From NCBI GenBank assembly GCA_043767805.1, contig JAYUGC010000066.1, forward strand, positions 5,597-69,596: DNA of 64,000 nucleotides, given 5' to 3'. Numbering within the stretch: position 1 is the stretch's first letter; the number at the start of each line of letters is the position of its first letter. A program made the position numbers and the translations under genes. The DNA is from Pseudomonadota bacterium (lineage in GTDB: Bacteria; Bdellovibrionota; FAC87; UBA2466). Below are positions 1 through 9,545 of the stretch, piece after piece. The notes under the pieces were generated by a model. The model made no database searches. It worked only from the letters and a program-made list of their open reading frames with translations, and had not been told where the DNA came from.

Positions 1-1305
1 TCGATTAGCCAGGCGGAAAGCCTCTCGGGATCGGGCGGCAACTTCTATACGTACGTGGGAGCACCGGTCATCAATACCCAGACGAACACGTCTCCGGGTC
101 TCACGCCCACCACGGGCTTGAGAGACACCTCGACCCGCGTCACCATCACCGGAACGAATCTTTCGCCTCCGGGGCAAGAGCCGGCGGTGACGATGAGCAA
201 CCAGCCTTGCGCGATCGTGTCCTACGCGAAGGCGCAAATCGTCTGCAATACGTCGATTAACCTGCCGACGGGGCCGCACCCGGTCGTCATCAGCCACGTC
301 GGCGGATCGACTCCCGCGGCGGGACCGCCGATCTTCACGGTTACCGACATTTCGTTTAGCCCCACCGAGCCCCTCAATCCCAGACGCGGATTAGTGCAAG
401 GCGGAACGGTCATCACCATCAAAGGCACGGGCCTCACCGACGCTCAAGGGCGCACGGAAGTACGTCTCGATGGGATTCTGTGCCCGCTCGTTTCCGCGGT
501 GGCAACTCAAGTGGTTTGCACGACGCCGCCTCACGCACTGGGCCCGGTGAACGTGGTGGTGTCGCAAGGCGGATTGTCCGCGACGGTGCCCGTGCCCTTC
601 ACTTACGTGGATTGCACCAGCGCCGTGGCCGTCGTCGATGCGGCGGCGAGGGCAAATTTCCTCGGTGCGGACGGCGCTCGCCAGAACGGGCTCTGGTCCC
701 AAGGAGCCAACGTTCCCAAATTCTGGAACCCGTACTACGGCAATGGCACCGGTATCAACTACTTCAATAACGACGCGAGCCGCTTGAACGCTTGCCGCAT
801 GCGCGGTTACTCGCGCGTGGAAAGCTACACGGTGAACTCTTGGAGCTCGCCGCACAACAACTCCGAGATGATGTGGAACGACGCTTTGACCACGTACGAA
901 ATCGTGCGCGGCTCCTGGCCGGGTATGAATACGTTCACCAACACCTACGTCTGCGCGGGCAAGCTCAATGCCGTTTGCGACAATCCGAAATGGATTTTCC
1001 CGCGGGCGCCGGCAGGCAAATGGCATAACGTGGATCAGCTCCACTGTCCCACCTTCTGCTCGCAGATTGGTTTTACGAACAACCCGAGCCCGGAAGGCAT
1101 GCGTTGCGTGGCTGGCGAGCAGCAGGCGGCTTCCGCCTATCCTTATATCAACTATCGCTACGGTTACTGGCGCAGCCGGGAAATCCCGGGGCGCAGCTCG
1201 AGTGACGCCTCGAGCGGTAACTTCAACGAGGAGTGCTACGCTAGCGGGCAAAAGCATGACCACGACTCGACGGACAAGACGGTCGGTTGCTGGTGCTCGC
1301 GGTAA
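1..1305 (+). CDS. IPT/TIG-repeat secreted protein, 5' partial (frame open to window start), with Cys/Trp/Asn-rich C-terminal domain
   Basis: Frame 1 has no stop between nt 1 and the ATG at 55, so the CDS continues upstream. It carries repeated Ig-like segments ('PVVISHVGGST..IFTVTD', 'VNVVVSQGGLSATVPVPFTYVD') typical of IPT/TIG domains. The last ~230 aa are rich in C/W/N/Y and of unknown type. Third-position GC bias is coding-like. Confidence 0.55.
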   Translation, partial: SISQAESLSGSGGNFYTYVGAPVINTQTNTSPGLTPTTGLRDTSTRVTITGTNLSPPGQEPAVTMSNQPCAIVSYAKAQIVCNTSINLPTGPHPVVISHVGGSTPAAGPPIFTVTDISFSPTEPLNPRRGLVQGGTVITIKGTGLTDAQGRTEVRLDGILCPLVSAVATQVVCTTPPHALGPVNVVVSQGGLSATVPVPFTYVDCTSAVAVVDAAARANFLGADGARQNGLWSQGANVPKFWNPYYGNGTGINYFNNDASRLNACRMRGYSRVESYTVNSWSSPHNNSEMMWNDALTTYEIVRGSWPGMNTFTNTYVCAGKLNAVCDNPKWIFPRAPAGKWHNVDQLHCPTFCSQIGFTNNPSPEGMRCVAGEQQAASAYPYINYRYGYWRSREIPGRSSSDASSGNFNEECYASGQKHDHDSTDKTVGCWCSR

Positions 1306-1317
1306 CGGCTGGCTAGT

Positions 1318-1336
1318 TAGGCCCGACAGGGCCTAG
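1318..1336. terminator. putative bidirectional hairpin between convergent genes
   Basis: 'taggccc-gaca-gggccta' forms a 7-bp stem with a 4-nt loop between the + gene ending at 1305 and the - gene ending at 1333. There is no clear T-tract. Confidence 0.3.
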
Positions 1337-2424
1337 TTAACTTTGGGACGCTTCTTACCGGCCCGCGGCTTCTTGACGGGAGCTTTGGCGGGAGCAGCTT
1401 TCTCTTTGGCCTTTACCTTGGCGGCTTCGGTGCCCTCGGATGAGTCTTCGTCCGAGGACGCCTCGTCGCCCTCTTCCTTCTCGTCCTTGGCCTTCTCGTC
1501 AGAGGGCTTTGCCTTCGTTTCAGGCGCCGCCGCGGCCGGAGTCTCCTTCGGAGTCTCATTGGCGGCTTTCTCTTTCGCGGGCACTCTTTCGGTCAGGGGG
1601 GGCGGTGGCTGCGGCGCGCTGACCGCGGTCAAGCCAGGGGACACCCCGGCCAGCGCCGCGAAGGACGGCACGGTCGAGCAGAGACGGGCCCAGTTGGCGA
1701 AGTTGTATCCGAACGATTCTCCGAGCATCCAGGGCGCGCCGTCCTTTCGAGCGAAAGGGGTTCGGTAAATCGTTTGCGAGAGCTGATCCAGCCAGCCTCT
1801 CGCTTCTTGCAGCATCGGATTATCCTGCGATGCCGTAGCCGATTCGGCCATCGGTTGCGTAGGCAGCATCTGGTCGAGCGCATTCTGGCATTGAGTGGCT
1901 TTCGACACCATCTCGTCGTTACTCTTTGCTCCCAGGGCATGGCGCAGGGCCACGCAGTTCGTGGGGTTGATCAGAATGACGTCGACTTTTCCGATTTTTG
2001 GATGAAGGAAGGCCACGTACTCGATGCTGCCACTCACGGAGAGGCTCGCATAAAATTTGGTTCCGGGCGCGACGGCCGAAACGTAGCCGATGCCGCGCGG
2101 GTTTCTACCTACGTCGCGAAAGTTGATAATGAGACTGTGCTGAGGCGAAACGAGGTTGGGAAGCACTTGGGCGCGCGAGGTGTAGATGACCTGGTGGCCG
2201 TCAGTGCCGGCGTCGCTCACCTTCCATTCGGCCCCCGCCATGATCGGATCGCCGGCTTTGCTGAACGAGAATCCGCCCATGCCCGGGTCGAACAAAGCGT
2301 TCAAGTACGCCGCCTCGTTGTCGGCGCGGGCGACCGAAACGAAAGCAGAAAACAAGACGAAGGCGTGTCCTGCTTTCCGAGCGATCGAAGCTAAATTTTC
2401 ATTCCGTTTTCGCACTTTTAGCAT
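1333..2424 (-). CDS. secreted hypothetical protein with Lys/Ala/Glu-rich (histone-H1-like) C-terminal tail
   Basis: 363-aa ORF with an N-terminal hydrophobic signal-like segment (HAFVLFSAFVSVARA). The C-terminal ~100 aa is low complexity ('KAKDEKEEGDEASSDEDSSEGTEAAKVKAKEKAAPAKAPVKKPRAGKKRPKVN'). No family recognised. Confidence 0.5.
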   Translation of the reverse strand: MLKVRKRNENLASIARKAGHAFVLFSAFVSVARADNEAAYLNALFDPGMGGFSFSKAGDPIMAGAEWKVSDAGTDGHQVIYTSRAQVLPNLVSPQHSLIINFRDVGRNPRGIGYVSAVAPGTKFYASLSVSGSIEYVAFLHPKIGKVDVILINPTNCVALRHALGAKSNDEMVSKATQCQNALDQMLPTQPMAESATASQDNPMLQEARGWLDQLSQTIYRTPFARKDGAPWMLGESFGYNFANWARLCSTVPSFAALAGVSPGLTAVSAPQPPPPLTERVPAKEKAANETPKETPAAAAPETKAKPSDEKAKDEKEEGDEASSDEDSSEGTEAAKVKAKEKAAPAKAPVKKPRAGKKRPKVN

Positions 2425-2629
2425 TCGTAAACGTTACTCTTTCTTTCTTTTCGGATCTTCCGGCGATTTTCTGTACCACCGCGCAGGCAGGGGCCAGACC
2501 TTCACCGCGCTCAGCTTCAAACAGTGCGTCGTGCGGCCGAGTCTAGACGTTGGGAGCGGCACGAACACCGCGTTATAGCGGCGACACCCTTTCTGAAGCA
2601 GTCCGGCAAAATGCGGAAAATTTCACAAT

Positions 2630-3415
2630 TTGAGACCAGGCGAAAACCGAAACTTGCCACGGGCGCCGTCTCCCTCCACCATCAGGGCGGTGGGCCGAAC
2701 GCTCAAATTTTCTTTCGAACGAAAGCACCGCGCCCAACCTTGGGCGCTTGAGTGTGCGCTTGGCGAACAGATTTTCGAAGAAGTGAAAGCGGGGCTGTCT
2801 TTGAACGATCGCCGCTTCGATCGTCTCTTCTCGCCGCGAGCCCGGGATGCTTCGGCTCAGCATTGGACGCCGCTATCGGTGGCGAAAAGAGCGGCGGAGC
2901 TATTAACCGAGGGACAGGGTCGGTTCATTCTCGACGTCGGCTCGGGAGTCGGAAAATTCTGTTTCATCGGAGCCCTCACCACGCCCGGGCATTTTGTCGG
3001 TGTGGAAACACGTGAGTGGCTGGTGCGCGAGTCCCAGGAGCTCACGCGAAGATTTGGTATAGAGCGTGTCGAGCTCGTTCGAGGAGGCATGCGAGAGGTG
3101 GATTGGGACCTCTTCGACGGACTCTATTTCTACAATCCCTTCTACGAGCATCTCGAGGCTGCCTCCCGTATCGATGAGTCCTTGGAGCTGAACCGGCAGA
3201 CCTTCCGCGAGGAGATGGCTTGGGTGATGAAACGGCTCGAGACCTTAAAGCCCGGCGTGAGAGTCGTGACGTTCCACGGCTTGGGCGGAGCTCTTCCCGC
3301 CTCGTTCGAGCTCCAGGGCAAAGAGCCGGCCGGAGAAGATTTTCTGGAGCTCTGGGTGAAGCGCTCCGAAGTCGTGCGCCGCATTGATGACGAAAAGTAT
3401 CCAGGGGCGCGCTAG
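2630..3415 (+). CDS. class I SAM-dependent methyltransferase-like protein (start uncertain)
   Basis: Glycine-rich motif I 'ILDVGSGVGKF', followed by acidic motif II 'VGVETRE' and 'LFDGLYFYNPF'. The true start is probably downstream of 2630. The 3' end overlaps the convergent SulP gene by 4 nt. Confidence 0.45.
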   Translation: MRPGENRNLPRAPSPSTIRAVGRTLKFSFERKHRAQPWALECALGEQIFEEVKAGLSLNDRRFDRLFSPRARDASAQHWTPLSVAKRAAELLTEGQGRFILDVGSGVGKFCFIGALTTPGHFVGVETREWLVRESQELTRRFGIERVELVRGGMREVDWDLFDGLYFYNPFYEHLEAASRIDESLELNRQTFREEMAWVMKRLETLKPGVRVVTFHGLGGALPASFELQGKEPAGEDFLELWVKRSEVVRRIDDEKYPGAR

Positions 3416-5076
3416 GTCGTGGCTTCGCCTCGCACTAACCGGCGCAACGCGAGAGGATGAGTCGAAATCGGCTTATGCTCGTCCAATCCAACCACCGTTA
3501 GGTTAAGCCCTTGTCGCGCAAACTCCGTCCCCAGATCCTCGAGCTTGGCCATGACGCTATGGTCGACGACGCGCGCATTAGACAAGTCGACTTCGATGTT
3601 CTTACGGCCGGCGATTCCCAAGGTATGAATCTTTCGGCGCACGACGATCCAGGTACTGAACACCGCCGCTTGCTGAGGCGCGATCTGGAGCGTGTCCCCG
3701 GTCTTCTCTTTGACTTCGAAAGTCGGCGAAAAGAGGGCCTTCAAAGGCGCGCCGTGGAGAAGGTGAAACGCGAGCTCGACCGCGATACCGATGCCAATGC
3801 CCACCAACAGATCCGTCGAAAGAACGCCGACGATGGTCGAGAGGTAGACCACAAACTGTTCCCAGCCGATCTTGTAGACATGAAAGAACTCTTTCGGAGC
3901 CGCGAGTCTCAGTCCCGTATAGACCAGCATCGCGGCGAGCGCCGCGAGCGGAATGCGGTGAATGAGCACGGGCGCGAGAACCACGAAAGCGAGCAGGAAA
4001 ACGCCGTGGAAGAAGTTCGAGTCGCGGGTTCGCGCTCCGTTATCCACGTTGGCGCGGCTCCGCACGATTTCCGAAATCATCGGCAATCCGCCGATGAGCG
4101 CGGCCAGGGTATTTCCCACGCCCACCGCGAGCAGATCCCGATCGAGATTGGTCTTGCGCTTCCAAGGGTCGAGAAGATCGATGGCCTTGGCGCTCAGAAT
4201 CGATTCCATGCTGCCAATGAGCGTGAACATGATTACCCACTTCCACGCCTTGGGAAGTAAGAGCGCGCTGAAATCCGGGAACGTCATGGCGTTGAACAGA
4301 TTCGACGGCACGGCCACCAGCTGCGACTGACCGACGAGATAGGCATGCCCATGCCAGAGATAGCCGTGGTCGTGGGCAAAATCGAAGAGAAAACCGAGCG
4401 GAATGCTGACGGCGACCACCAGCATCGGGGCCGGAACCATACGGAAATACTTATTCCGCACGAAGGGCGCCAGCACGAGAATCAAGAAACTGATGCCGCC
4501 GATGAGCGCGACTTCCGGATTGAGACGGCTGATCTCTTCGGGGATTTTCATGAGCAAAGTAAACGGGCTTCCGGAAGCGCTAACCCCCAGCAAAATCGGC
4601 ACCTGCTTCACGATGATGATGACGCCGATGGCGGCCAGCATGCCGTGGACCGCCGCCGCGGGAAAAAACTCGCCCAAAATGCCGGCGCGAAAGAGCGCGA
4701 GCACTATTTGCAGCAGGCCCGCCGCCACGCCCACCGCGAGCGCGAGCTTATAAGCGTTCATATCGGCCGGGAGCGATTTGCCGCCCGTGTATCCGAGGTC
4801 GGTGATGCAACCGATAGCGATGACGATGAGTCCCGCCGCGGGTCCTTTAATGGCCAAAGGAGAATCGCTGATGAACTTACCGACGATGCCGCCGATGACG
4901 GCCGTGAAAATTCCGGCGATGGCCGGGTAACCGCAGGCTAGCGAAATGCCCAGCGACAGGGGCAGCGCAATCAGGAAAACCAAAAAACCCGCGCTGATAT
5001 CGAAGCGTAACGATTCACGAAGGGAAGTGGGAACGGGCCCGACCGGCGCGGAAGGGCCAGTTTTTTTCTCAGTCAT
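3412..5076 (-). CDS. SulP family inorganic anion (sulfate/bicarbonate) transporter with C-terminal STAS domain
   Basis: 554 aa with multiple TM helices. It has the SulP-like N-terminus 'FRFDISAGFLVFLIALPLSLGISLACGYPAIAGIFTAVIGGIV'. The C-terminal soluble part ('IEVDLSNARVVDHSVMAKLEDLGTEFARQGLNLTVVGL') is a STAS / anti-sigma-antagonist-like domain. Confidence 0.85.
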   Translation of the reverse strand: MTEKKTGPSAPVGPVPTSLRESLRFDISAGFLVFLIALPLSLGISLACGYPAIAGIFTAVIGGIVGKFISDSPLAIKGPAAGLIVIAIGCITDLGYTGGKSLPADMNAYKLALAVGVAAGLLQIVLALFRAGILGEFFPAAAVHGMLAAIGVIIIVKQVPILLGVSASGSPFTLLMKIPEEISRLNPEVALIGGISFLILVLAPFVRNKYFRMVPAPMLVVAVSIPLGFLFDFAHDHGYLWHGHAYLVGQSQLVAVPSNLFNAMTFPDFSALLLPKAWKWVIMFTLIGSMESILSAKAIDLLDPWKRKTNLDRDLLAVGVGNTLAALIGGLPMISEIVRSRANVDNGARTRDSNFFHGVFLLAFVVLAPVLIHRIPLAALAAMLVYTGLRLAAPKEFFHVYKIGWEQFVVYLSTIVGVLSTDLLVGIGIGIAVELAFHLLHGAPLKALFSPTFEVKEKTGDTLQIAPQQAAVFSTWIVVRRKIHTLGIAGRKNIEVDLSNARVVDHSVMAKLEDLGTEFARQGLNLTVVGLDEHKPISTHPLALRRLVRGEATT

Positions 5077-5134
5077 ATGAAGATCCTCTGAAACCGAATT
5101 GAATTAGGCAATTGACTCGAGACGAGGGACGGCA

Positions 5135-5470
5135 TCAGGCAAGGCGTGGGGGAGCGCGCGGAGATCTCAGAGTGAGGCGAAGTCGGCTGAAAGAGAGGAA
5201 AGCGGAAATCGACGGCGCTTTCGTGACGACTTCACAAAAGGGGCCATGCACGAAAGCGGAAGACAGTAGCCCCTTTGCGGACTCTTCGGTGTCTTCCAAA
5301 TCTTGCGCCAGCGCCTTGAGGGGGGCCAATTCGGAAGCCCGCTTCTGACGGATCGGCAGGCTCGAGGCGGTTTGAACGCGCTGAGAGAGCCCTTGCCCCT
5401 TGAGCTGAGGCGCCGCCAAGTCGGCACCACCGCCCAGGAGCAGCGTGAAAATTAATACCCAAGACTTCAT
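5135..5470 (-). CDS. small hypothetical protein with signal peptide (weak)
   Basis: N-terminus 'MKSWVLIFTLLLGGGADLAAP' looks like a signal peptide. The C-terminal half is Arg/Leu/Pro-rich and may be out of frame or non-coding. Confidence 0.3.
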   Translation of the reverse strand: MKSWVLIFTLLLGGGADLAAPQLKGQGLSQRVQTASSLPIRQKRASELAPLKALAQDLEDTEESAKGLLSSAFVHGPFCEVVTKAPSISAFLSFSRLRLTLRSPRAPPRLA

Positions 5471-5588
5471 ACGTTTCTGATTGAGCGCCTAACCTACAAC
5501 GCGCGTCGATCCTAAATCAAAGGTTAGTTACGTAAATTCCGGTTCAAAGAGTCTACTATCGAACCTTCAATATCATAGAAAGATTTCA

Positions 5589-7325
5589 CTAAGCCGCAAG
5601 CGACTCGTAAAGCTCTCGGGCCTCAAATCTTTGCGAAGGCACTATGCGCAGACGATAGGCTCCGCTCAGGGGCTCGAGCTCCTGAACCGATCCTGCCTCA
5701 AAACCCAGAGGGAGCACTTCAGGCAGGGTTTGCTCGACGGCCGCTTTCAGCTCGGGGCTCACCTTGCCGGTAAGCCAAAGCTTCACGCGCACACTCGTTT
5801 CCGAAGGACGGAGGTCGAGCGCGATGCCCATTTCTTTCAGCTGAAGGTACGAAATCCCTTTCCCCTCGAGACGCCGCCGGAGGGCCTTCTCCGCGCTCTC
5901 GGCTTTCGAGATGAAATCCGCCCGCCGCTCCACGGGAATGCCATGGTTCGTGCCGAGGTAGGACGCGGGCAGGAAGGTCACCCGAAAATCGTTGGACTCC
6001 AGGGCGCTTTGTCTGAGCCCGAGCAAAAAGCGCTCACGTTCCGGCTCGCTCATCGCCTTCGCGGGATAAAACACGCCGTCGTCGCCTGAGAAAATGAGAG
6101 CCTTGCCGACGATGCCCGCCGCTTTCAAAGCCATTTCGAACTTCGCCCGGCGCGCTTCGAAGGCGGCGGAGGCCGCGGTCTGCGCCACGCGCGTTTGTTC
6201 GACGGCACGGACCGCCGCTCCGTCCCTCGGTCCGTCGGCCGCTTTGGCGAGAGCCGCCATGACCGCGTGCAGGTTGCGCACGTTCTGTCCGGCCAAATCG
6301 GCGGCGACCAAGCCCTCGGTCGCCTTCTCCAGGCCCATGCTCAAGGTTTCCTGGGCTTCATAAATACTGGGCGCGAACGTTTCGACGAGATCGAAGTACG
6401 TACGGAGGTCGGAAAGCGTTTCCTCATTTACCCTCAGGCCGAAACGCCGCAAAAACGCCGTTTGCACGAAGTCAGGTTCCTCCCCGGAAGCTTTCTTGAG
6501 AATTTCTATGGCCGCGGGAGAGAGAACGTACTTACCGTCCTCTCCACGCGTGAATGCTCGTGATTCTCCGCCGGTGTAGAGATTTTTGTAGAGCTTCTTT
6601 CGATACCGCTCTGCCGCCAGCGCTCTCGTATTCAAGTGCGCCCGGGTCGCCGCGTCTCCAAAATCCTGCCAGCTATTAGAAACGGTGTACCGGGCAAAGC
6701 GCGCGGCCGTTCCCGCCTGATCGGCGGTGGCGCCAAAGCCCGCGAGATGCCAACGGCTGGAATTGCGAATGGTGCTTCCCGGAAAATCATAGAGCGGCTC
6801 TAAAGCGGTATAGCGCTTCAGAGCCAAGTTGAACTCAGCCGACGCGGACTCCAAAGCTTTCGTCAGATGCTCGCGCAAAGCGGGAGAGTCCGTGTGGAAA
6901 GCAAAGCGAAGCGTCTTATAGTCGGAGTAAACCCGGTCCGGGCGGAGCGCGGGATCCGCCATGAGATGCTTTATGAAAATTTGCTCGTAGAGCGCGACGA
7001 CGGAGGCCGACACTTCCTTGTCTTTGAAGTATTTGTCGTTCATCGCCTTCAAAACGGCATTCTCCACATGGAAAAAGAGGCCATACTTTTCCGGCGTCAA
7101 AGCCGCGGCGAGGAAGCCTGCATTGTCGGCCTCTTGCACCCGGTAGCTCAGATGCGCCTTGAAGGAGTGAAGCGACGAGCGCGCTACCGCATCGTAAGCC
7201 CCTTCGCAGGCGACGTCCCGCAAGGGATCCAGAACCCGTGGGAGGGCCGCGGCCAACGCCAATGCGAAAAGGAGGCGCCCCACGCGCCGAAAGGAAACCA
7301 GACCCACCGGTAGCCGACTGTGCAC
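5589..7325 (-). CDS. large secreted hypothetical protein (578 aa)
   Basis: N-terminal signal-like 'LLFALALAAALP', no recognisable catalytic motif, consistent codon bias. A divergent promoter region with the nuclease gene lies at 7326-7500. Confidence 0.55.
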   Translation of the reverse strand: MHSRLPVGLVSFRRVGRLLFALALAAALPRVLDPLRDVACEGAYDAVARSSLHSFKAHLSYRVQEADNAGFLAAALTPEKYGLFFHVENAVLKAMNDKYFKDKEVSASVVALYEQIFIKHLMADPALRPDRVYSDYKTLRFAFHTDSPALREHLTKALESASAEFNLALKRYTALEPLYDFPGSTIRNSSRWHLAGFGATADQAGTAARFARYTVSNSWQDFGDAATRAHLNTRALAAERYRKKLYKNLYTGGESRAFTRGEDGKYVLSPAAIEILKKASGEEPDFVQTAFLRRFGLRVNEETLSDLRTYFDLVETFAPSIYEAQETLSMGLEKATEGLVAADLAGQNVRNLHAVMAALAKAADGPRDGAAVRAVEQTRVAQTAASAAFEARRAKFEMALKAAGIVGKALIFSGDDGVFYPAKAMSEPERERFLLGLRQSALESNDFRVTFLPASYLGTNHGIPVERRADFISKAESAEKALRRRLEGKGISYLQLKEMGIALDLRPSETSVRVKLWLTGKVSPELKAAVEQTLPEVLPLGFEAGSVQELEPLSGAYRLRIVPSQRFEARELYESLAA

Positions 7326-7500
7326 AACCAGTGCCCGGTTAATCCGTGCCTGTAGGGGTTAGATTTTCCTGACGGGCGGTAGCCACTGGCGACGCGGAAC
7401 GCTCCGTAGACTCAAAGAATACGGGCCTTTCCTGGCCGTCTTGACTCGCCTCGGCCGATCATGGTCCTCTGCCGAACGGGTACCGGCCCTCGGAGGTTCC

Positions 7501-8514
7501 ATGAAAATCCACTCCCTTCTCTTCCTTCTCAGTCTCACCCTGTCCCATGCTCTCTACGGCTGGGGCGAGCGCGGGCACCACGTGCTTTGCGAAGTCGCGA
7601 CCCGGCTCGTGGCAAACCCGGAGCTTTCCGAGTTCCTGCAGGGGCGCGGCCATCAAGCGGGCCACGTCTGCAACATCCCGGACATCTTGTGGCGTAACTT
7701 GCCCGCGCAAGACAAAGCGGGAGAGAACAGTCACTTTCTCGATCCTGAGCCGTTCGGTTACACCCTCGATACCCTTCCCCTGGTGTTCGCCGACATCGCG
7801 ACGGCGAAAGGCGTAACGAGGGCTAAACTGGCCGTCGATCTCGGTTCGCTCTGGTGGAGAGCGGATCAGTTTTTTCGCCGGGCAAAAGCGAACGCGACTG
7901 CCATTGGACTTGCGACGCTTCCCACTTCCGCGCAGCTTCAAGACAACTCGCATCCTTACAACCAAGCGGTGTATCAGTTTTTTACCGACCTCTATCTCAT
8001 GGGGCACTTCGCGGGAGACGCCTCGATGCCGTATCACAACACGTCTGACTACGACGGCTGGCAGAAAGGCCGCGGCGGCATTCATTCTTACTTCGAAAGC
8101 GCCGCGGTGACGGCGCAACCTCTGCAGCTCGCCGAGTGGGTGTACCAGGCGGCCGTTCTCCTGCGCGCGCAAAGCGGAGTCTGGACGAGCGCTACCCAGA
8201 AGATCCGCGCGGTAAGCATTCAAGCCATGCGGGAGATGCCGGAGCTCGATGCGCTCGACGTGCTCGTTAAGCCTTCGGTCGCGGCGACGAAAACCGCCGC
8301 CAAGCGGCCGCCCGTCAAAGAAAGCGCGAAACGCTTCAAGTCTCTCCTCGTCAAAGAGCTCGCCCGCTCGGCTGCTTTACTCGCCGAAATGTGGGACGCC
8401 GCTTACGAGGCCGGAGGAAAACCGAACTTGAAAGTGTACCGCAGCTATCGGTACCCGCTTATGCCCGATTACGTGCCCCTGGATTACACCGCTTCGCGGA
8501 TGGGAGAAGAATGA
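7501..8514 (+). CDS. S1/P1 family zinc-dependent nuclease, secreted
   Basis: Start at 'MKIHSLLFLLSLTL' with a GGAGG RBS ('ggaggttccATG'). The mature N-terminus 'YGWGERGHHVLCEVA' matches the S1/P1 'WG..GH' zinc-ligand signature. Later His/Asp-rich segments ('HFAGDASMPYHNTSDYDGW') fit the family. Confidence 0.75.
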   Translation: MKIHSLLFLLSLTLSHALYGWGERGHHVLCEVATRLVANPELSEFLQGRGHQAGHVCNIPDILWRNLPAQDKAGENSHFLDPEPFGYTLDTLPLVFADIATAKGVTRAKLAVDLGSLWWRADQFFRRAKANATAIGLATLPTSAQLQDNSHPYNQAVYQFFTDLYLMGHFAGDASMPYHNTSDYDGWQKGRGGIHSYFESAAVTAQPLQLAEWVYQAAVLLRAQSGVWTSATQKIRAVSIQAMREMPELDALDVLVKPSVAATKTAAKRPPVKESAKRFKSLLVKELARSAALLAEMWDAAYEAGGKPNLKVYRSYRYPLMPDYVPLDYTASRMGEE

Positions 8515-9512
8515 GCGCCCCCACGCTGCAACCGTTTATCTTGGGCAGAGGCAACGCCGGTCAGGCCATGGCAAAGGCTCTCAGTCTCGTGAACTTCCTC
8601 GATACAGAACTCACGGTACTTCCCCCGGTTTGGGTGGAAAGGGGGCGGCCGCTCGCGGAACTTCCGAAAAGCGGCGCCTCCCGCCTACTCGCCGTCGCCA
8701 ACCCACATGGCTTGCACGCGCGCGCCCTCGTGGAGGCATCCAAAGCCGATTTCGAGGCCGTCGTTTGCGACAAACCCGCGGCGGTGAGCCACGAGGAAGT
8801 CGCGACGCTCAGAAAGATCGCCGGAGCGGTTTCCGTTTGTCACGGCTACCGGCAGACCTGGGGCCCGCGCTGGCTGAAGACGTGGGTCGACTCGGGAGAG
8901 CTTGGGCAGCTGATTGCCGTCGAAGGAAGGTACTGGCAAGCCTCGGCCGCGGCCAAAGCGCTCGCCGGCACGAAATCGGCGAACGCTTGGAAAAACGATC
9001 CGAGTCTGAGCGGTCAGTTCGATACGTTTCTCGATCTCGGCGCGCATTGGGTCGACCTGGTTCAGCACTTACTCGGCGAAAAGGCCGCGTCGGCGCGCGC
9101 TTGGCTTCATCATGCGAACGGCGAAGCGGCCCATCGGGACACGCACGTGCAACTCGAGATGAGTTTTTCGAACCGGCGCCGAGCGTGGGCGTCCCTTTCC
9201 AAGACGTTTCACGGCCAAGGCAATAACTTGGAGATCCACGTGCTGGGCGCGAAAAGCGCCGCGAGCTGGAGCTTCGAGCGGCCGGACGAGATCGTGGTGG
9301 CAAAGGGCGCCGAGCGGCACGTCCACGTTCGTAAGGATACGGCGCTCGGCCTCAAGCAGGCGCCTTTCCACGGAGCGGGTTGGCTCGACGGCTATACGGA
9401 AATTTTGCACCAAGCAGCGCGCCGTGCCGTCGGTCTTTCTGCTTTCTCGGTTCCTACCCTGAGCGAGCACCTCGACGCGGTCGACACTTTGCTCACGGCG
9501 GAAAGGGTTTGA
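8511..9512 (+). CDS. Gfo/Idh/MocA family NAD(P)-dependent oxidoreductase
   Basis: ATG at 8511 overlaps the nuclease stop (ATGA). N-terminal Rossmann segment 'FILGRGNAGQAMAKAL', then 'VVCDKPAAVSHEE' and the conserved 'E-K-P' region of the family. Confidence 0.7.
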   Translation: MSAPTLQPFILGRGNAGQAMAKALSLVNFLDTELTVLPPVWVERGRPLAELPKSGASRLLAVANPHGLHARALVEASKADFEAVVCDKPAAVSHEEVATLRKIAGAVSVCHGYRQTWGPRWLKTWVDSGELGQLIAVEGRYWQASAAAKALAGTKSANAWKNDPSLSGQFDTFLDLGAHWVDLVQHLLGEKAASARAWLHHANGEAAHRDTHVQLEMSFSNRRRAWASLSKTFHGQGNNLEIHVLGAKSAASWSFERPDEIVVAKGAERHVHVRKDTALGLKQAPFHGAGWLDGYTEILHQAARRAVGLSAFSVPTLSEHLDAVDTLLTAERV

Positions 9513-9545
9513 TCGCTTCCGTACGGTGGCCTAGACTCATGGGGC

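Noticed and set aside
391-1263. 290-aa minus-strand ORF inside the IPT/TIG gene
   Set aside because: It is fully antisense to a better-supported CDS. The product is Arg/Ala/Val-rich, as expected from a high-GC antisense frame, and has no motifs.
3511-4941. Plus-strand ORFs (249 aa, 198 aa, 122 aa) inside the SulP transporter gene
   Set aside because: They are antisense to a confidently identified transporter. The products are Arg/Asp/His-rich low-complexity translations.
7459-8223. 254-aa minus-strand ORF inside the S1/P1 nuclease gene
   Set aside because: It is antisense to the nuclease gene. The product is Arg-rich.
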